From an uncultured Candidatus Saccharibacteria bacterium (GTDB taxonomy: Bacteria; Patescibacteriota; Dojkabacteria; SC72), in contig CAZEQZ010000001.1 in the NCBI GenBank assembly GCA_964514595.1, forward strand, positions 267,847-331,846: 64,000 nucleotides of DNA, written 5' to 3'. The notes under the pieces are model-generated. The model ran no database searches, was not told the origin of the DNA, and saw nothing but the letters and a program-made list of their open reading frames with translations. Below, in pieces: positions 31,427 through 41,055 of this stretch (within the stretch, counting starts at the first letter, position 1; each line of letters starts with the position of its first letter). A program made the position numbers and the translations under genes.

Positions 31427-31728
31427 TACTGTCTTTCTGCTATAATACTTGAGTCCTCTATGTATATTATTGTTCTCTCATTTGCTGATGAAATATTGAG
31501 TTCCTTGTTGGCAAGTTGTTTAATTACTGTAATGGAATTGGTTTTTGCAATCTGTTCTTCCATTGATCTGTTCTCCTCTATCAGATAGTTTTTCTCTCTA
31601 TTTAAACTTTGAAGTTCTACGCCCAATGGGCTTAATATTGAATTTATAACTAGTTGAGAGAAGGTGAACGTTAGAAGTGTAAGCACAAAGAGTGTGGCGG
31701 CTATGTTTTGATTTCTGGTTCTAGTCAT
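31426..31728 (-). CDS. ftsL: FtsL-like cell-division protein
   Basis: 100 aa with a single TM and a coiled-coil region. It sits in the conserved position between rsmH and ftsI, and its stop overlaps the ftsI start. Confidence 0.5.
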   Translation of the reverse strand: MTRTRNQNIAATLFVLTLLTFTFSQLVINSILSPLGVELQSLNREKNYLIEENRSMEEQIAKTNSITVIKQLANKELNISSANERTIIYIEDSSIIAERQ

Positions 31729-32623
31729 TACGGTTGTGTTGCTTAATTAAAGTTCTTAACTTGGCAGAAGCGGATCTAGGGTTATCCTTTTTTTCGTCGT
31801 CGGTTGGGGCAATATGACTTTTAAAAAGCATCTCCCCTTCTCCGCTTCTCTGTTTTTCTAAAAAATAATTTTTAACGATGCGATCTTCTAAAGAATGGAA
31901 TGAGATTACAGATAATCTTCCATTGTTTTGTAAGATCTCAAACGACCTATCTAGTGCAGTTTCTAGGCTGTTTAATTCATCATTTACCACGATTCGCAGG
32001 GCCTGGAAGACCCTGCGAGAAGGGTTCTTGTTAGAATTATCAGCCGGCACTACTTTGTAAATAAGCCGTGTAAGATCTCCTACAGTATTAATATCAGAAA
32101 TATTATTTTTAATAGCTTTTGCTATTTGGTGAGATCTCCTCTCCTCCCCATATTTTCTAAAAACCATGGTGAGTTGTTTCTCAGGTAGTGCATTTAACAA
32201 ATCTTTCGCTGTTACTCCGAGCTCTTTGTCCATTCTCATGTCTAGAGGTTCATTCTTCTCTAAATAACTAAATCCTCGATTATGAGATTCTTCAAGTTGT
32301 CTGGATGAAAGGCCAAGATCCATCAAGATTCCCTTCGGTTTTCTGTTAAGATCCTGCGTAAAATCTTGTATCTTAGAGAAGTTTCCTTTTCTTATGATCC
32401 AGTTCTTTTGTTTGCTCTCCTTTTGGTAGTACTCTTTCACAAAATCAATAGCATGTTGATCTTGATCTATACTTAATAGTAGTCCTTTGTCGGAAAGTCT
32501 TCTTAATATTTCTATGCTATGACCACCATCACCCAAAGTACAATCTATATAGAATTCGTCTGGATTTATGTTTAATGAGTCTAGGCTTTCCTTGAGAAGG
32601 ACTGGGATATGTATTTTACGCAT
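31721..32623 (-). CDS. rsmH: 16S rRNA (cytosine1402-N4)-methyltransferase RsmH (MraW)
   Basis: YIDCTLGDGGHS and LMDLGLSS motifs. Confidence 0.92.
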   Translation of the reverse strand: MRKIHIPVLLKESLDSLNINPDEFYIDCTLGDGGHSIEILRRLSDKGLLLSIDQDQHAIDFVKEYYQKESKQKNWIIRKGNFSKIQDFTQDLNRKPKGILMDLGLSSRQLEESHNRGFSYLEKNEPLDMRMDKELGVTAKDLLNALPEKQLTMVFRKYGEERRSHQIAKAIKNNISDINTVGDLTRLIYKVVPADNSNKNPSRRVFQALRIVVNDELNSLETALDRSFEILQNNGRLSVISFHSLEDRIVKNYFLEKQRSGEGEMLFKSHIAPTDDEKKDNPRSASAKLRTLIKQHNRND

Positions 32624-33059
32624 CTTTCTTTGTACTCATCTTACTAATTTCTTGTGCTATTTCTTCTCCATGTTCTTTAAGATAGTTAAGTCTTTCCTGC
32701 CACATTTCTTTGTCCCATATCTCTATCCAGTTTATTAAGCCTATGAATATAACATCCTTTTTAAGATGTGCATGTTCAAATAGTGATTCTGGTATGACAA
32801 ATCTACCTTGAGTATCTACAGATATTTCCTTTGCACCACCAACTAAGAATCTGCTGGTATCTCTGATATCTTTATTTATAAAAGAGCCATTTATCACTTC
32901 TGTTGCTACTTTTTTCCATAATTTCTCATTTACTACTATTAGTGCTTGTTCGTACCCTCTTGTAAGAATTAGATTGTTACCTAACTCTTCTCTAAATTTT
33001 TTTGGAAGTGAGACTCTCTTTTTCTCTCCTATTCTACTTTTGTATTCTCCTATTAACAT
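32616..33059 (-). CDS. mraZ: Transcriptional regulator MraZ
   Basis: Two tandem MraZ/SpoVT-AbrB-type repeats. It is the first gene of the dcw cluster. Confidence 0.9.
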   Translation of the reverse strand: MLIGEYKSRIGEKKRVSLPKKFREELGNNLILTRGYEQALIVVNEKLWKKVATEVINGSFINKDIRDTSRFLVGGAKEISVDTQGRFVIPESLFEHAHLKKDVIFIGLINWIEIWDKEMWQERLNYLKEHGEEIAQEISKMSTKKDA

Positions 33060-33079
33060 GTTTTTAATATATCATCTTT

Positions 33080-33106
33080 CACCACTTTTTGCCACTTCCT
33101 GCCACT
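33080..33106 (-). promoter_or_regulatory. Candidate MraZ operator: three GTGG direct repeats at exact 10-nt phasing upstream of mraZ
   Basis: The minus strand reads GTGGcaggaaGTGGcaaaaaGTGGtg. The plus-strand CCAC motifs sit at 33082, 33092 and 33102, which is 23-46 nt upstream of the mraZ ATG. Confidence 0.45.
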
Positions 33107-33250
33107 AATGTAACATTGCGTACTATTTTCGTCAAGTAAATATAACTACAGGCTCAAATATAATTCTCTAGGCCATTAAGATTTGTTGAAATACAGGAAA
33201 AATGTACAAATTGAGTATAAAAATAATTCACGAACCGATAGCTATTATTA

Positions 33251-34693
33251 TTGAAAATAAATCAAATAACTAATATATTAAATGAGGTACTAAATTTATC
33301 TGTCTTAATAATGAAGGTATATCTGAAAGATATTATAGAAAGATTTCCAGAATTTGAAATTCGAAATTATAATGAGAATGCGTATTTTGAGGGTTTTAGT
33401 CATGACTCAAGAAGTGTTAAAGAGAATGATATATACATACCAATTATTGGAGAAAAATTTGATGGCCATGATTTTATAGTAGATGCATTGAACAATGGTG
33501 CTTCTATGGCAATTTGCCAAGACAGGAAATATGCAGATTTAGAAGGTGTAACAAAACCTATTATTTTGGTTAATACTATTGAGGAAGGACTACAGAAGAT
33601 ACTTAATTATGCGATATCCCCTATAACTGCTCCTGTTGTAGCGATAACAGGTAGTACGGGAAAGACAACAACTAAAAAGATGTTGGTTACTATACTTAAG
33701 AATCAAATGGAGGTTCTGTACTCAGATACATCAAATACTGTTTGGGGAAATGCTGTATTGTTAAGTCAGTACAAGGGGGAGGACGCAATTGTTTTGGAGT
33801 GTGGTATGGATAGGAAGGGAGAGATAGCTTGGCATGTTAACTCGGTTGATCCGGATATAGGTATTTTACTGAATGTGGGGCATGTGCATGGTGAACAGGT
33901 TGGGAGTATAGAGGATATATATGAGGAGAAGAAGAATCTCGCTGATTATATGGAAAGAACCGGAAAGCCCCTGGTTTTAAATATAGATGATGAGAGGTTG
34001 GTGAGGATAAAGGATGCATATAGAGAGGGATCAGAATTAATTACTTTCGGTAAGAGCGAAGGAGCCGAATATCAGATTCTGGGAGTTACTGTAGATGAGA
34101 AAGGGACTCATTTTAGTTTCAAATATTATGATAACGTAATGGATGTAGATCTTAATGTGTATGGAGAGGGTTATGTATATAATGCCATGGCTGCAATTAT
34201 CTCTGCCAACAGGCTTGGAGTTGCAATGGATAATTGTATAAAGGGAGTTGGATTATTTGAGGGTGGTAATGGAAGATTTGAGAAATTACGATATGGGAAA
34301 AATGTCGAGATAGTAAATGATGCATATAATGCTAATCCAACATCTATGGAGATGTCTCTAAAGACATTTAACCAGTTATATTCACAAAGTAAGTATCATC
34401 GAATAGTTGTATTGGGGGATATGAAGGAATTAGGAAAGGTTTCTGCTGAAAAACATATGGAGCTAGGTGGTACGGTTATGGAATATAATTTTGATGATAT
34501 TTATTATGTTGGGGATATGTTTGATAGCTTTAATGTGGGAGAACACTTAGAATCTGCAGATGAAGTTGCTGCAATGTTGAATAACAGGTTAGATACACTG
34601 AAAGGTAGGGATGTAGCAATACTGCTTAAGGCTAGCAACAGCATAAAGCTATATCAAGTCCCTGATTTTCTAAAAAAATTAGGGTGTGTCTAG
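33251..34693 (+). CDS. murF: UDP-N-acetylmuramoyl-tripeptide--D-alanyl-D-alanine ligase
   Basis: Mur ligase P-loop ITGSTGKTTTKKM. The N-terminal DSRSVKENDIYIPIIGEKFDGHDF region is MurF-like. Confidence 0.8.
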   Translation: MKINQITNILNEVLNLSVLIMKVYLKDIIERFPEFEIRNYNENAYFEGFSHDSRSVKENDIYIPIIGEKFDGHDFIVDALNNGASMAICQDRKYADLEGVTKPIILVNTIEEGLQKILNYAISPITAPVVAITGSTGKTTTKKMLVTILKNQMEVLYSDTSNTVWGNAVLLSQYKGEDAIVLECGMDRKGEIAWHVNSVDPDIGILLNVGHVHGEQVGSIEDIYEEKKNLADYMERTGKPLVLNIDDERLVRIKDAYREGSELITFGKSEGAEYQILGVTVDEKGTHFSFKYYDNVMDVDLNVYGEGYVYNAMAAIISANRLGVAMDNCIKGVGLFEGGNGRFEKLRYGKNVEIVNDAYNANPTSMEMSLKTFNQLYSQSKYHRIVVLGDMKELGKVSAEKHMELGGTVMEYNFDDIYYVGDMFDSFNVGEHLESADEVAAMLNNRLDTLKGRDVAILLKASNSIKLYQVPDFLKKLGCV

Positions 34694-34697
34694 TGGA

Positions 34698-35990
34698 TTA
34701 CTCTACCCACTTTAAGTTAGCACCTAAATTGTTTAGATTTTCTATAAAATTAGGATGCGCTCTTTTAATGGAGTCAGCATTTTTTATAATTGATTCCCCT
34801 TCTATGGTTTGTGCAACCATCATTAACGCAACAGTAGCTCTAATAATGTTTGGAGCATCCACAATTGCTGGTCTTAAAGGTTTATTTCCATATACAATCA
34901 CTCTGTGAGGATCACACATCACTATATGAGCTCCAAATTTAATCATTTCTGGAATCCAAAAGAAACCTCCTTCGTATAGTTTGTTCCAAAACATTATAGA
35001 TCCTTCTGATTTAACGGAGAGAGCGATCATAAGGGGCATAAGGTCTGTTGGGAAGTACGGCCATGGTGCTGCTTCCAATTTTTGTAGCATGTTTTTTGTA
35101 TACGGTTCTATAATTTTCAATTGCTGATTCTCTTTGACAATTGCAGTATCACCTTCATATTCAACTTTAACATTAAATTTGGCAAATGCTTTGTTTATTA
35201 AAGGAAAATGCTCAGGGACAGAATTGTGTACCTTTATTTCTCCACCAGTCATAGCTCCTAGTGCTAAAAGGGTTGTTATTTCGTGGTGATCGGAAGTGAT
35301 TGTGAAATCAGTTCCATGGAGATCTTGGACCCCAGAAATATCAATTCGAGAGGAACCAATTCCTTTTATTTGTGCACCCATTGTTACTAGGAAATTACAT
35401 AGATCTTGAACGTGAGGTTCAGAGGCTGCATTGATCATTGTAGAATTACCTTGAGCCTTAACAGCTGCCATTACAAAATTTTCAGTAGTTGTCACACTCA
35501 TGTAGTCTTGCCAAAGAAAACCACCTTTCAAATTACCGTTAGTTTGTATTTTTAAAGTATCGTTTGATTCTATCTTAGCTCCTAGTCCCTCTAGTACCTC
35601 CAAATGTGGATCTAATTCCCTTATTCCTAATGAACATCCTCCTATCTCCTCTTTAACCTCTATTTGATCAAATCTGGATGCAAGAGGACCAAGAAGGAGA
35701 ATAGCTCCTCTCATTCCTAGTGGAAATCCTTCATGACCAAATTCATTTTTAAAATTTGCGTTGTTAACTGTAATTATGTGGTTCTGTTTGTCCCATTGTA
35801 TATCTGAGCCCATTGAGGTCATTAATTCTATGAGTTTATTAACATCTGTTAAGTCAGGAAAGTTTCTTATAGTAACAGTTTCATTTGTGAGTAAAGTGGC
35901 ACAAAGTATTGGCAATGCAGAGTTTTTATTCCCAGCTGGTGTTAATTCTCCACTTAATCTGCTACCCCCTTTTATTAATAAGTCTGCCAT
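34698..35990 (-). CDS. murA: UDP-N-acetylglucosamine 1-carboxyvinyltransferase
   Basis: GGSRLSGELTPAGNKNSALPIL, which contains the active-site loop. Length 430 aa. Confidence 0.92.
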   Translation of the reverse strand: MADLLIKGGSRLSGELTPAGNKNSALPILCATLLTNETVTIRNFPDLTDVNKLIELMTSMGSDIQWDKQNHIITVNNANFKNEFGHEGFPLGMRGAILLLGPLASRFDQIEVKEEIGGCSLGIRELDPHLEVLEGLGAKIESNDTLKIQTNGNLKGGFLWQDYMSVTTTENFVMAAVKAQGNSTMINAASEPHVQDLCNFLVTMGAQIKGIGSSRIDISGVQDLHGTDFTITSDHHEITTLLALGAMTGGEIKVHNSVPEHFPLINKAFAKFNVKVEYEGDTAIVKENQQLKIIEPYTKNMLQKLEAAPWPYFPTDLMPLMIALSVKSEGSIMFWNKLYEGGFFWIPEMIKFGAHIVMCDPHRVIVYGNKPLRPAIVDAPNIIRATVALMMVAQTIEGESIIKNADSIKRAHPNFIENLNNLGANLKWVE

Positions 35991-36015
35991 TACGTTTATT
36001 TAAAAATTTATATCA

Positions 36016-37185
36016 TTACAGTCCTATATTCCTAAGGATCTTTCTGTCGGCATCTTTTAGAAATATTGATTGAAGGCGACCTGTATCTACAGTTTTTTCT
36101 TTGGAGATAAACCTTTCTATCTTCAATAAAAGAAATTCAGGAGTCAACTCTCCTTCGTTAATTATTTCTGCTAAGCCAAGCTCCTTTAGAATTTGGGCGT
36201 TTCTCTCTTGTTCATTGTGTGTGACCCAGGGTATTGGTATGAAAATAGATGGTATCTTTAAAATACCTGCTTCATATACAGTATTAGCCCCTGCCCTTCC
36301 TACAAATAAGTCTATGTTGTTAAGAAGAAATCCAATCTCTTTTCTGTCGATATATTTGGTTACATAGAATCGATCCTTTAGATCTTTTTCTAGTTTGTTT
36401 TTTTCTTTCTGCAAAGTCTGAAAATCATTGTATTTTTTATTATCTCCTGTTTGTAGTATTACTTGAAAATCTTGAAGTAAGGTTTGAAGTGCTTCCTTAA
36501 CTGTTGTATTAATACAATGAGAACCTAATCCTCCACCGGATATATATATTATTGGAAGCTCTTCCTGATTCACTAACATTCGCTTTAATGATTGAGATAC
36601 TGCTCCATTTGCTGTTTTTTGAAAGATCTCCTGTCTTACTAAATTTCCTGTATGTATAGTCTTCTCCTTCGGGAAATATTTCGAAGAAGATGGAAATGTA
36701 ATAAATATTTTCGTGGCAAACTTACTCACTATTTTGTTTGAAAGTCCTATTGCTGCGGTTTGTTCATGTAGGTATATGTCAGCTTTGAAAATCTTTGCAA
36801 TTACACAAACTGGTACTGTAACAAATCCTCCAGTAGATATCACAATATTCGGTTTAAATTCTCTTATTATCTTGTATGAGTCTATGAATCCCAATATTAC
36901 TCTGAATAGCAATTGAATTGTCTTTAAGGACATAGATCTTTGTAGTTTTCCAGCTCTTATATATTTTTTGTTGAATTCTTCCTTTGCGAAGACTCGTTTT
37001 TCTATAGAATTCCCTGGCTTCTCATCTTCCATGCCTAGGTCTCCTCCAATATATAGAAAGTTAGAATTGTTAATTAAATACTCATTTCTAATAGCGGAAA
37101 TAATAGATGATGCAGCAGAAACATGTCCACCTGATCCTCCTCCTGTTATAATAACTTTCTTTTTTAAAGATTTTTTATTGACCAT
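36016..37185 (-). CDS. murG: Undecaprenyl-PP-MurNAc-pentapeptide UDP-GlcNAc transferase
   Basis: GT28 fold with the TGGGSGGHV motif. Confidence 0.88.
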   Translation of the reverse strand: MVNKKSLKKKVIITGGGSGGHVSAASSIISAIRNEYLINNSNFLYIGGDLGMEDEKPGNSIEKRVFAKEEFNKKYIRAGKLQRSMSLKTIQLLFRVILGFIDSYKIIREFKPNIVISTGGFVTVPVCVIAKIFKADIYLHEQTAAIGLSNKIVSKFATKIFITFPSSSKYFPKEKTIHTGNLVRQEIFQKTANGAVSQSLKRMLVNQEELPIIYISGGGLGSHCINTTVKEALQTLLQDFQVILQTGDNKKYNDFQTLQKEKNKLEKDLKDRFYVTKYIDRKEIGFLLNNIDLFVGRAGANTVYEAGILKIPSIFIPIPWVTHNEQERNAQILKELGLAEIINEGELTPEFLLLKIERFISKEKTVDTGRLQSIFLKDADRKILRNIGL

Positions 37186-38371
37186 TACTAATTGTCGAAT
37201 ATTTACTTACATTAAGTAGTATAGCAATTCCTATGACTGTTACGATAGTGCTGGATCCGCCATATGTGAGGAATGGAGTTGGAATACCTGTTAATGGTAT
37301 GAGGCCAACATTTGCGGCCATGTTCATTAGGGCTTGTAATGTTAACCATATCGTAATGCCCGAGGCTAGTAGACGTCCCTGTTTATCAGGAGCATTTAAG
37401 GCTATTTTTATCCCTCTCCAAAGGAATACAATCCATGCCAGTATTATAACTACTCCCCCCACTAACCCTAATTCCTCTAAAACTACGGCAAATATTGAGT
37501 CCGTGAAAGCAGTATTTTCAACAAGATATCCAAATCTCTGTCTTGATTGCCCAAATCCTTTCCCAAGTAATCCTCCAGATCCAATGCCTATTAGTATTTG
37601 TTGCATTTGATATCCACTTCCTCTAGGATCTGCTACTTCTCCTGTGAATAGAAGTGTTAAATATGTCTGAATTCTTTTTAATCTATATGGCTCTAGTATT
37701 GCTGCTAATATCCCTACAGGGACTGCCAAAAGAATTACTGCCAAAGATCCAATAGTATGTGTTTTATCTTCCCCAGCCATTAGAAACATGATGAAAGATG
37801 TTAGAGATACAATAATGGTAGTTCCTAAATCAGGTTCTAATAGTATTAGGATAGATATGGTCCCAAGTATTGCCAAGAAGGATAACAGGTTTTTCAGAAA
37901 TCCTTCTTGTATGGCAGTTTTTAGATTTTTATATATATGATCTTTCTTAGAAAGCCAGCTAGCAAGATATATAATGAGTATTATTTTGGCAAACTCTGCA
38001 GGTTGTATATCAATGGGACCGATTGTTAACCATCTTTTGGCTCCATTTATAGGATCTCCCAATATTAATACAGCTATTAGAAGAATAACTGTAATAATTA
38101 AGGCAGGGAAGGCAAGCTTAGAGAATTTTTTGTAATCCCAGAGATAAAGTATTATGGCAGGTATTGTTGCCACAATTAGCCATATTATTTGTTGTTTTAG
38201 GAAATAGAATTGATCATTAAATATAGTAGTGGCTTGATATACACTGGCATCAAAGATCATTATGGCACCAAATATGGCCATGAATAATGCAAAATAAAGG
38301 ACTATTTTGTCTGGTTTATACTTCTGAAATGGTCGACTTCTTCTTTGTGTAGATCTTCTTGTTCTCGACAT
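37175..38371 (-). CDS. ftsW: SEDS-family peptidoglycan glycosyltransferase/lipid II flippase FtsW/RodA
   Basis: Ten-TM SEDS signature. Positioned immediately upstream of murG. Confidence 0.85.
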   Translation of the reverse strand: MSRTRRSTQRRSRPFQKYKPDKIVLYFALFMAIFGAIMIFDASVYQATTIFNDQFYFLKQQIIWLIVATIPAIILYLWDYKKFSKLAFPALIITVILLIAVLILGDPINGAKRWLTIGPIDIQPAEFAKIILIIYLASWLSKKDHIYKNLKTAIQEGFLKNLLSFLAILGTISILILLEPDLGTTIIVSLTSFIMFLMAGEDKTHTIGSLAVILLAVPVGILAAILEPYRLKRIQTYLTLLFTGEVADPRGSGYQMQQILIGIGSGGLLGKGFGQSRQRFGYLVENTAFTDSIFAVVLEELGLVGGVVIILAWIVFLWRGIKIALNAPDKQGRLLASGITIWLTLQALMNMAANVGLIPLTGIPTPFLTYGGSSTIVTVIGIAILLNVSKYSTISNGQ

Positions 38372-38401
38372 TGTATGACTATTAATATACTATATTAGCG
38401 T

Positions 38402-39019
38402 ATGGATAGAAAGAAAAGGAATGGAGACCTTAAATATTTATTTGTAGTTGGGGGACCTGGAGGGTCAGGTGCTACTACAATTGCGAAGATGTTAAGTAAA
38501 TATCTTAATTTAAGGAGAGTATATGCTGGGGGATTGTTTAGAGAGGAGGTGAGGAAGTTAGGTTATGAGAATTTTGAGGATTTCTATAGTGACTCTAATG
38601 AAAAATTATTAATGGATATTGATGAGAAGATAGACAGAGAATTAATAAATGAGGCTAATCAAGGAAGTGTGTTAATAGATTCTAAGATATTTGCTGCTAT
38701 AGCAGAGATTAAAAATATTCCTTGTACCGCTAGAATATGGTTGGACGCTTCTTTGCATGTTAGGGGGTTGAGGCATATGGGTAAGAGGGAATACAGGAAT
38801 GGGATTGATAGGATTGTAGGTTATTTGAAAATTAGGAGGGATTTGAAGAAGAGATGGAAGTTGGATAGTGTAAGATATAAAAAGTTATATGGGGTGGACT
38901 ATAGTAGGCCGGAAGTGTACAATGATATTGTTATTAATTCTTCTAAACTAAACGAGGAGGAGACGTTTAATTTAATTTTGAAGGAATTAAAGAATGGACG
39001 ATATATTGAAGAAAAATGA
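38402..39019 (+). CDS. cmk: Cytidylate kinase (short, archaeal-type)
   Basis: P-loop GGPGGSGATTIAK. The 205-aa length and the C-terminal RYKKLYGVDY...YNDIVINS...EEET region match the short CmkA type. Confidence 0.65.
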   Translation: MDRKKRNGDLKYLFVVGGPGGSGATTIAKMLSKYLNLRRVYAGGLFREEVRKLGYENFEDFYSDSNEKLLMDIDEKIDRELINEANQGSVLIDSKIFAAIAEIKNIPCTARIWLDASLHVRGLRHMGKREYRNGIDRIVGYLKIRRDLKKRWKLDSVRYKKLYGVDYSRPEVYNDIVINSSKLNEEETFNLILKELKNGRYIEEK

Positions 39020-39257
39020 GCAAGTGCCTGAGAACACTACTGTTACAGAATTTACCAAACATGTGGAGAAGGAAGTTAATAGTGGCGATAATAACGGGAT
39101 TGATATTGGAAGTGAAGTTGCTCCTGAGGATTTGGATAGTAGATGGTTGAGATGGAAATGTTTGGTGTGTGGGTATTTATACGAGGGTGTTACCAGGTTG
39201 AAGGTGTGTCCTAAGTGTGGAAATCAAGACCCAGACAAGTTTGAGGATGCTGAGTAA
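38994..39257 (+). CDS. Small rubredoxin-like zinc/iron-ribbon protein
   Basis: The C-terminal WKCLVCGYLYEGVTRLKVCPKCG (CxxCGY...CPxCG) resembles the rubredoxin-like domain of rubrerythrins. The N-terminal tail is acidic. Confidence 0.5.
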   Translation: MDDILKKNEQVPENTTVTEFTKHVEKEVNSGDNNGIDIGSEVAPEDLDSRWLRWKCLVCGYLYEGVTRLKVCPKCGNQDPDKFEDAE

Positions 39258-39259
39258 TC

Positions 39260-39343
39260 TGCCGGGAGAGGGAATCGAACCCTCACTCTATTTCTAGAAC
39301 GGGATTTTAAGTCCCGCGCGTCTGCCTATTCCGCCATCCCGGC
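39260..39343 (-). tRNA. tRNA-Leu (anticodon TAA)
   Basis: I folded it by eye: 7-bp acceptor stem GCCGGGA/TCCCGGC, anticodon loop CU-UAA-AA, a long variable arm, and T-arm GGTTCGATTCC. CCA is not encoded. Confidence 0.85.
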
Positions 39344-39473
39344 TAATATGTTGAGCTATTTTAATCTAAATAGGTACAATTTTCAATTATACCCATAGCG
39401 TATTAAATTAGAATAAAAAAACGAATATAGTTATTGTTATACTATGATCCTTGTACAAACCGGACGTAGTATG

Positions 39474-39546
39474 AGGTGACGACGGGATTCGAACCCGTGA
39501 TAGTGGTTTTGCAGACCACGGCCTTAACCAACTTGGCTACGTCACC
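39474..39546 (-). tRNA. tRNA-Cys (anticodon GCA)
   Basis: Acceptor stem GGTGACG/CGTCACC, anticodon loop CU-GCA-AA, and T-arm GGTTCGAATCC. Length 73 nt. CCA is not encoded. Confidence 0.8.
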
Positions 39547-39547
39547 G

Positions 39548-40972
39548 TTACTGGTTCAATACATCCTTAATAGTTACTATTTCAAATATCACGTCACTAT
39601 TTTTGTTTTTTATTGAACTACCGGTAATAATAGCAATTTTATCGGTTAAATCCAACTCTCCATGAGTATATATGGTTTGTATGGTTTTGAATATGCTTTC
39701 ATCTCTATCTTCTGAGAGGTCAGAAATATAGTATGTTTTGACACCTCTGTAGATAGAGTCATGCCTTATTCTTTTAATGGAAGGACTAACAGACCATATG
39801 GGGACATTTGGTCGATGTCTAGATAAGCTTGCGATAGTTCCATCGGTATCTGAGAAAACAGCAATACCTTTTAATTTTATACTCTCTGTTAATAGGCAAA
39901 CACTTTTACATATTTCATCTACCTCGTATGTTGTTGCAGTTTTGCCATATATTGTAGATAGTTGCATAACTTTCTCAGTAGTGATAGCTATTTTATTCAT
40001 TGTTCTAACAGCATCCAGAGGATTTTTGCCCGTTGATGTTTCCGCGGAAAGCATTAATGCATCTGCTCCATCCATAACAGAATTTGCTACATCTGAGACT
40101 TCGGCTCTTGTCGGTTGTTTGTTTTCTCTCATAGATTCAAGCATTTGGGTAGCTACTATGACTGGTTTGCCCTTAGCCCTGCATTTATAGATCATCTGCT
40201 TTTGCAGGATAGGGATATTCTCTAAAGGTGTTTCTACTCCTAAATCTCCTCTTGCTATCATTATCCCATCGGCTAGATCTAATATCTCATCGAAATGATC
40301 TATTCCTTCTTGGTTTTCAATCTTTGCAATTATTTTTATATCTGAGTCTTTTATTAATTCCTTAACGTTGAGTATATCTTGCGCATTTCTAACAAATGAT
40401 ATGGAAATAAAGTCGAGATTGTTTCTAATAGCAACTTCTATATCTTCCTTATCTTTTTCAGTAAGGGTTGGGAATTGTAAATTAATGTCTGGTATATTAA
40501 CTGTCTTATTAGGTTTTAGAATCCCTGATTGTATTACATCACATGATATAGAGGCGCCGTTTACTTCTCTCACCTTTAATTCTATTGTGCCATCATCAAG
40601 GAGTATTCTGGTTCCAACTACTACTGATAGATGGAGGTCTGGATATGATATTTTAATCTGATCATTAGAATTGCTATTAAAGGATGATATATTTACTTCT
40701 TTCTCAATTTTTAGGTCGTCTTTTAAATTGCTTACTCTTATCTTTGTGCCTTGAGTGTCTAGCATGATTGCTATCCTTGGTGATATCTCTCTTAAAGTTG
40801 TTGAGACTCTTTGTACCTCATCATTATCAGCAAAGGAAGCATTTATTCTGGCCATTTGCATTCCATTTCTAAACATGTCGCGTAAGATGTTTCTATCCCA
40901 AGTGGAAGGACCAATCGTGGCAATGATTTTTGTTTTAGCAATGCTATTCATCATGGGCAGTGTATGATACAA
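39548..40972 (-). CDS. pyk: Pyruvate kinase
   Basis: KIIATIGPST, MARINASF, an IENQEG region and the MVARGDLG motif. Length 474 aa. Confidence 0.92.
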   Translation of the reverse strand: MYHTLPMMNSIAKTKIIATIGPSTWDRNILRDMFRNGMQMARINASFADNDEVQRVSTTLREISPRIAIMLDTQGTKIRVSNLKDDLKIEKEVNISSFNSNSNDQIKISYPDLHLSVVVGTRILLDDGTIELKVREVNGASISCDVIQSGILKPNKTVNIPDINLQFPTLTEKDKEDIEVAIRNNLDFISISFVRNAQDILNVKELIKDSDIKIIAKIENQEGIDHFDEILDLADGIMIARGDLGVETPLENIPILQKQMIYKCRAKGKPVIVATQMLESMRENKQPTRAEVSDVANSVMDGADALMLSAETSTGKNPLDAVRTMNKIAITTEKVMQLSTIYGKTATTYEVDEICKSVCLLTESIKLKGIAVFSDTDGTIASLSRHRPNVPIWSVSPSIKRIRHDSIYRGVKTYYISDLSEDRDESIFKTIQTIYTHGELDLTDKIAIITGSSIKNKNSDVIFEIVTIKDVLNQ

Positions 40973-41055
40973 AAGTATAGCAGAAATTTTGCTCTGATGT
41001 AATGAATATTCTACAGGACTACTACATAGAATATTAATATGCTATATTATTTGTA

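Noticed and set aside
39258-39560. tRNA-Leu/tRNA-Cys cluster and tRNA-Leu(CAG) at 43527-43610 as integration sites of a mobile element
   Set aside because: Flanking genes are housekeeping (cmk, pyk, an SBP). There is no integrase, no phage or plasmid genes, and I saw no direct repeat of a tRNA 3' end nearby.
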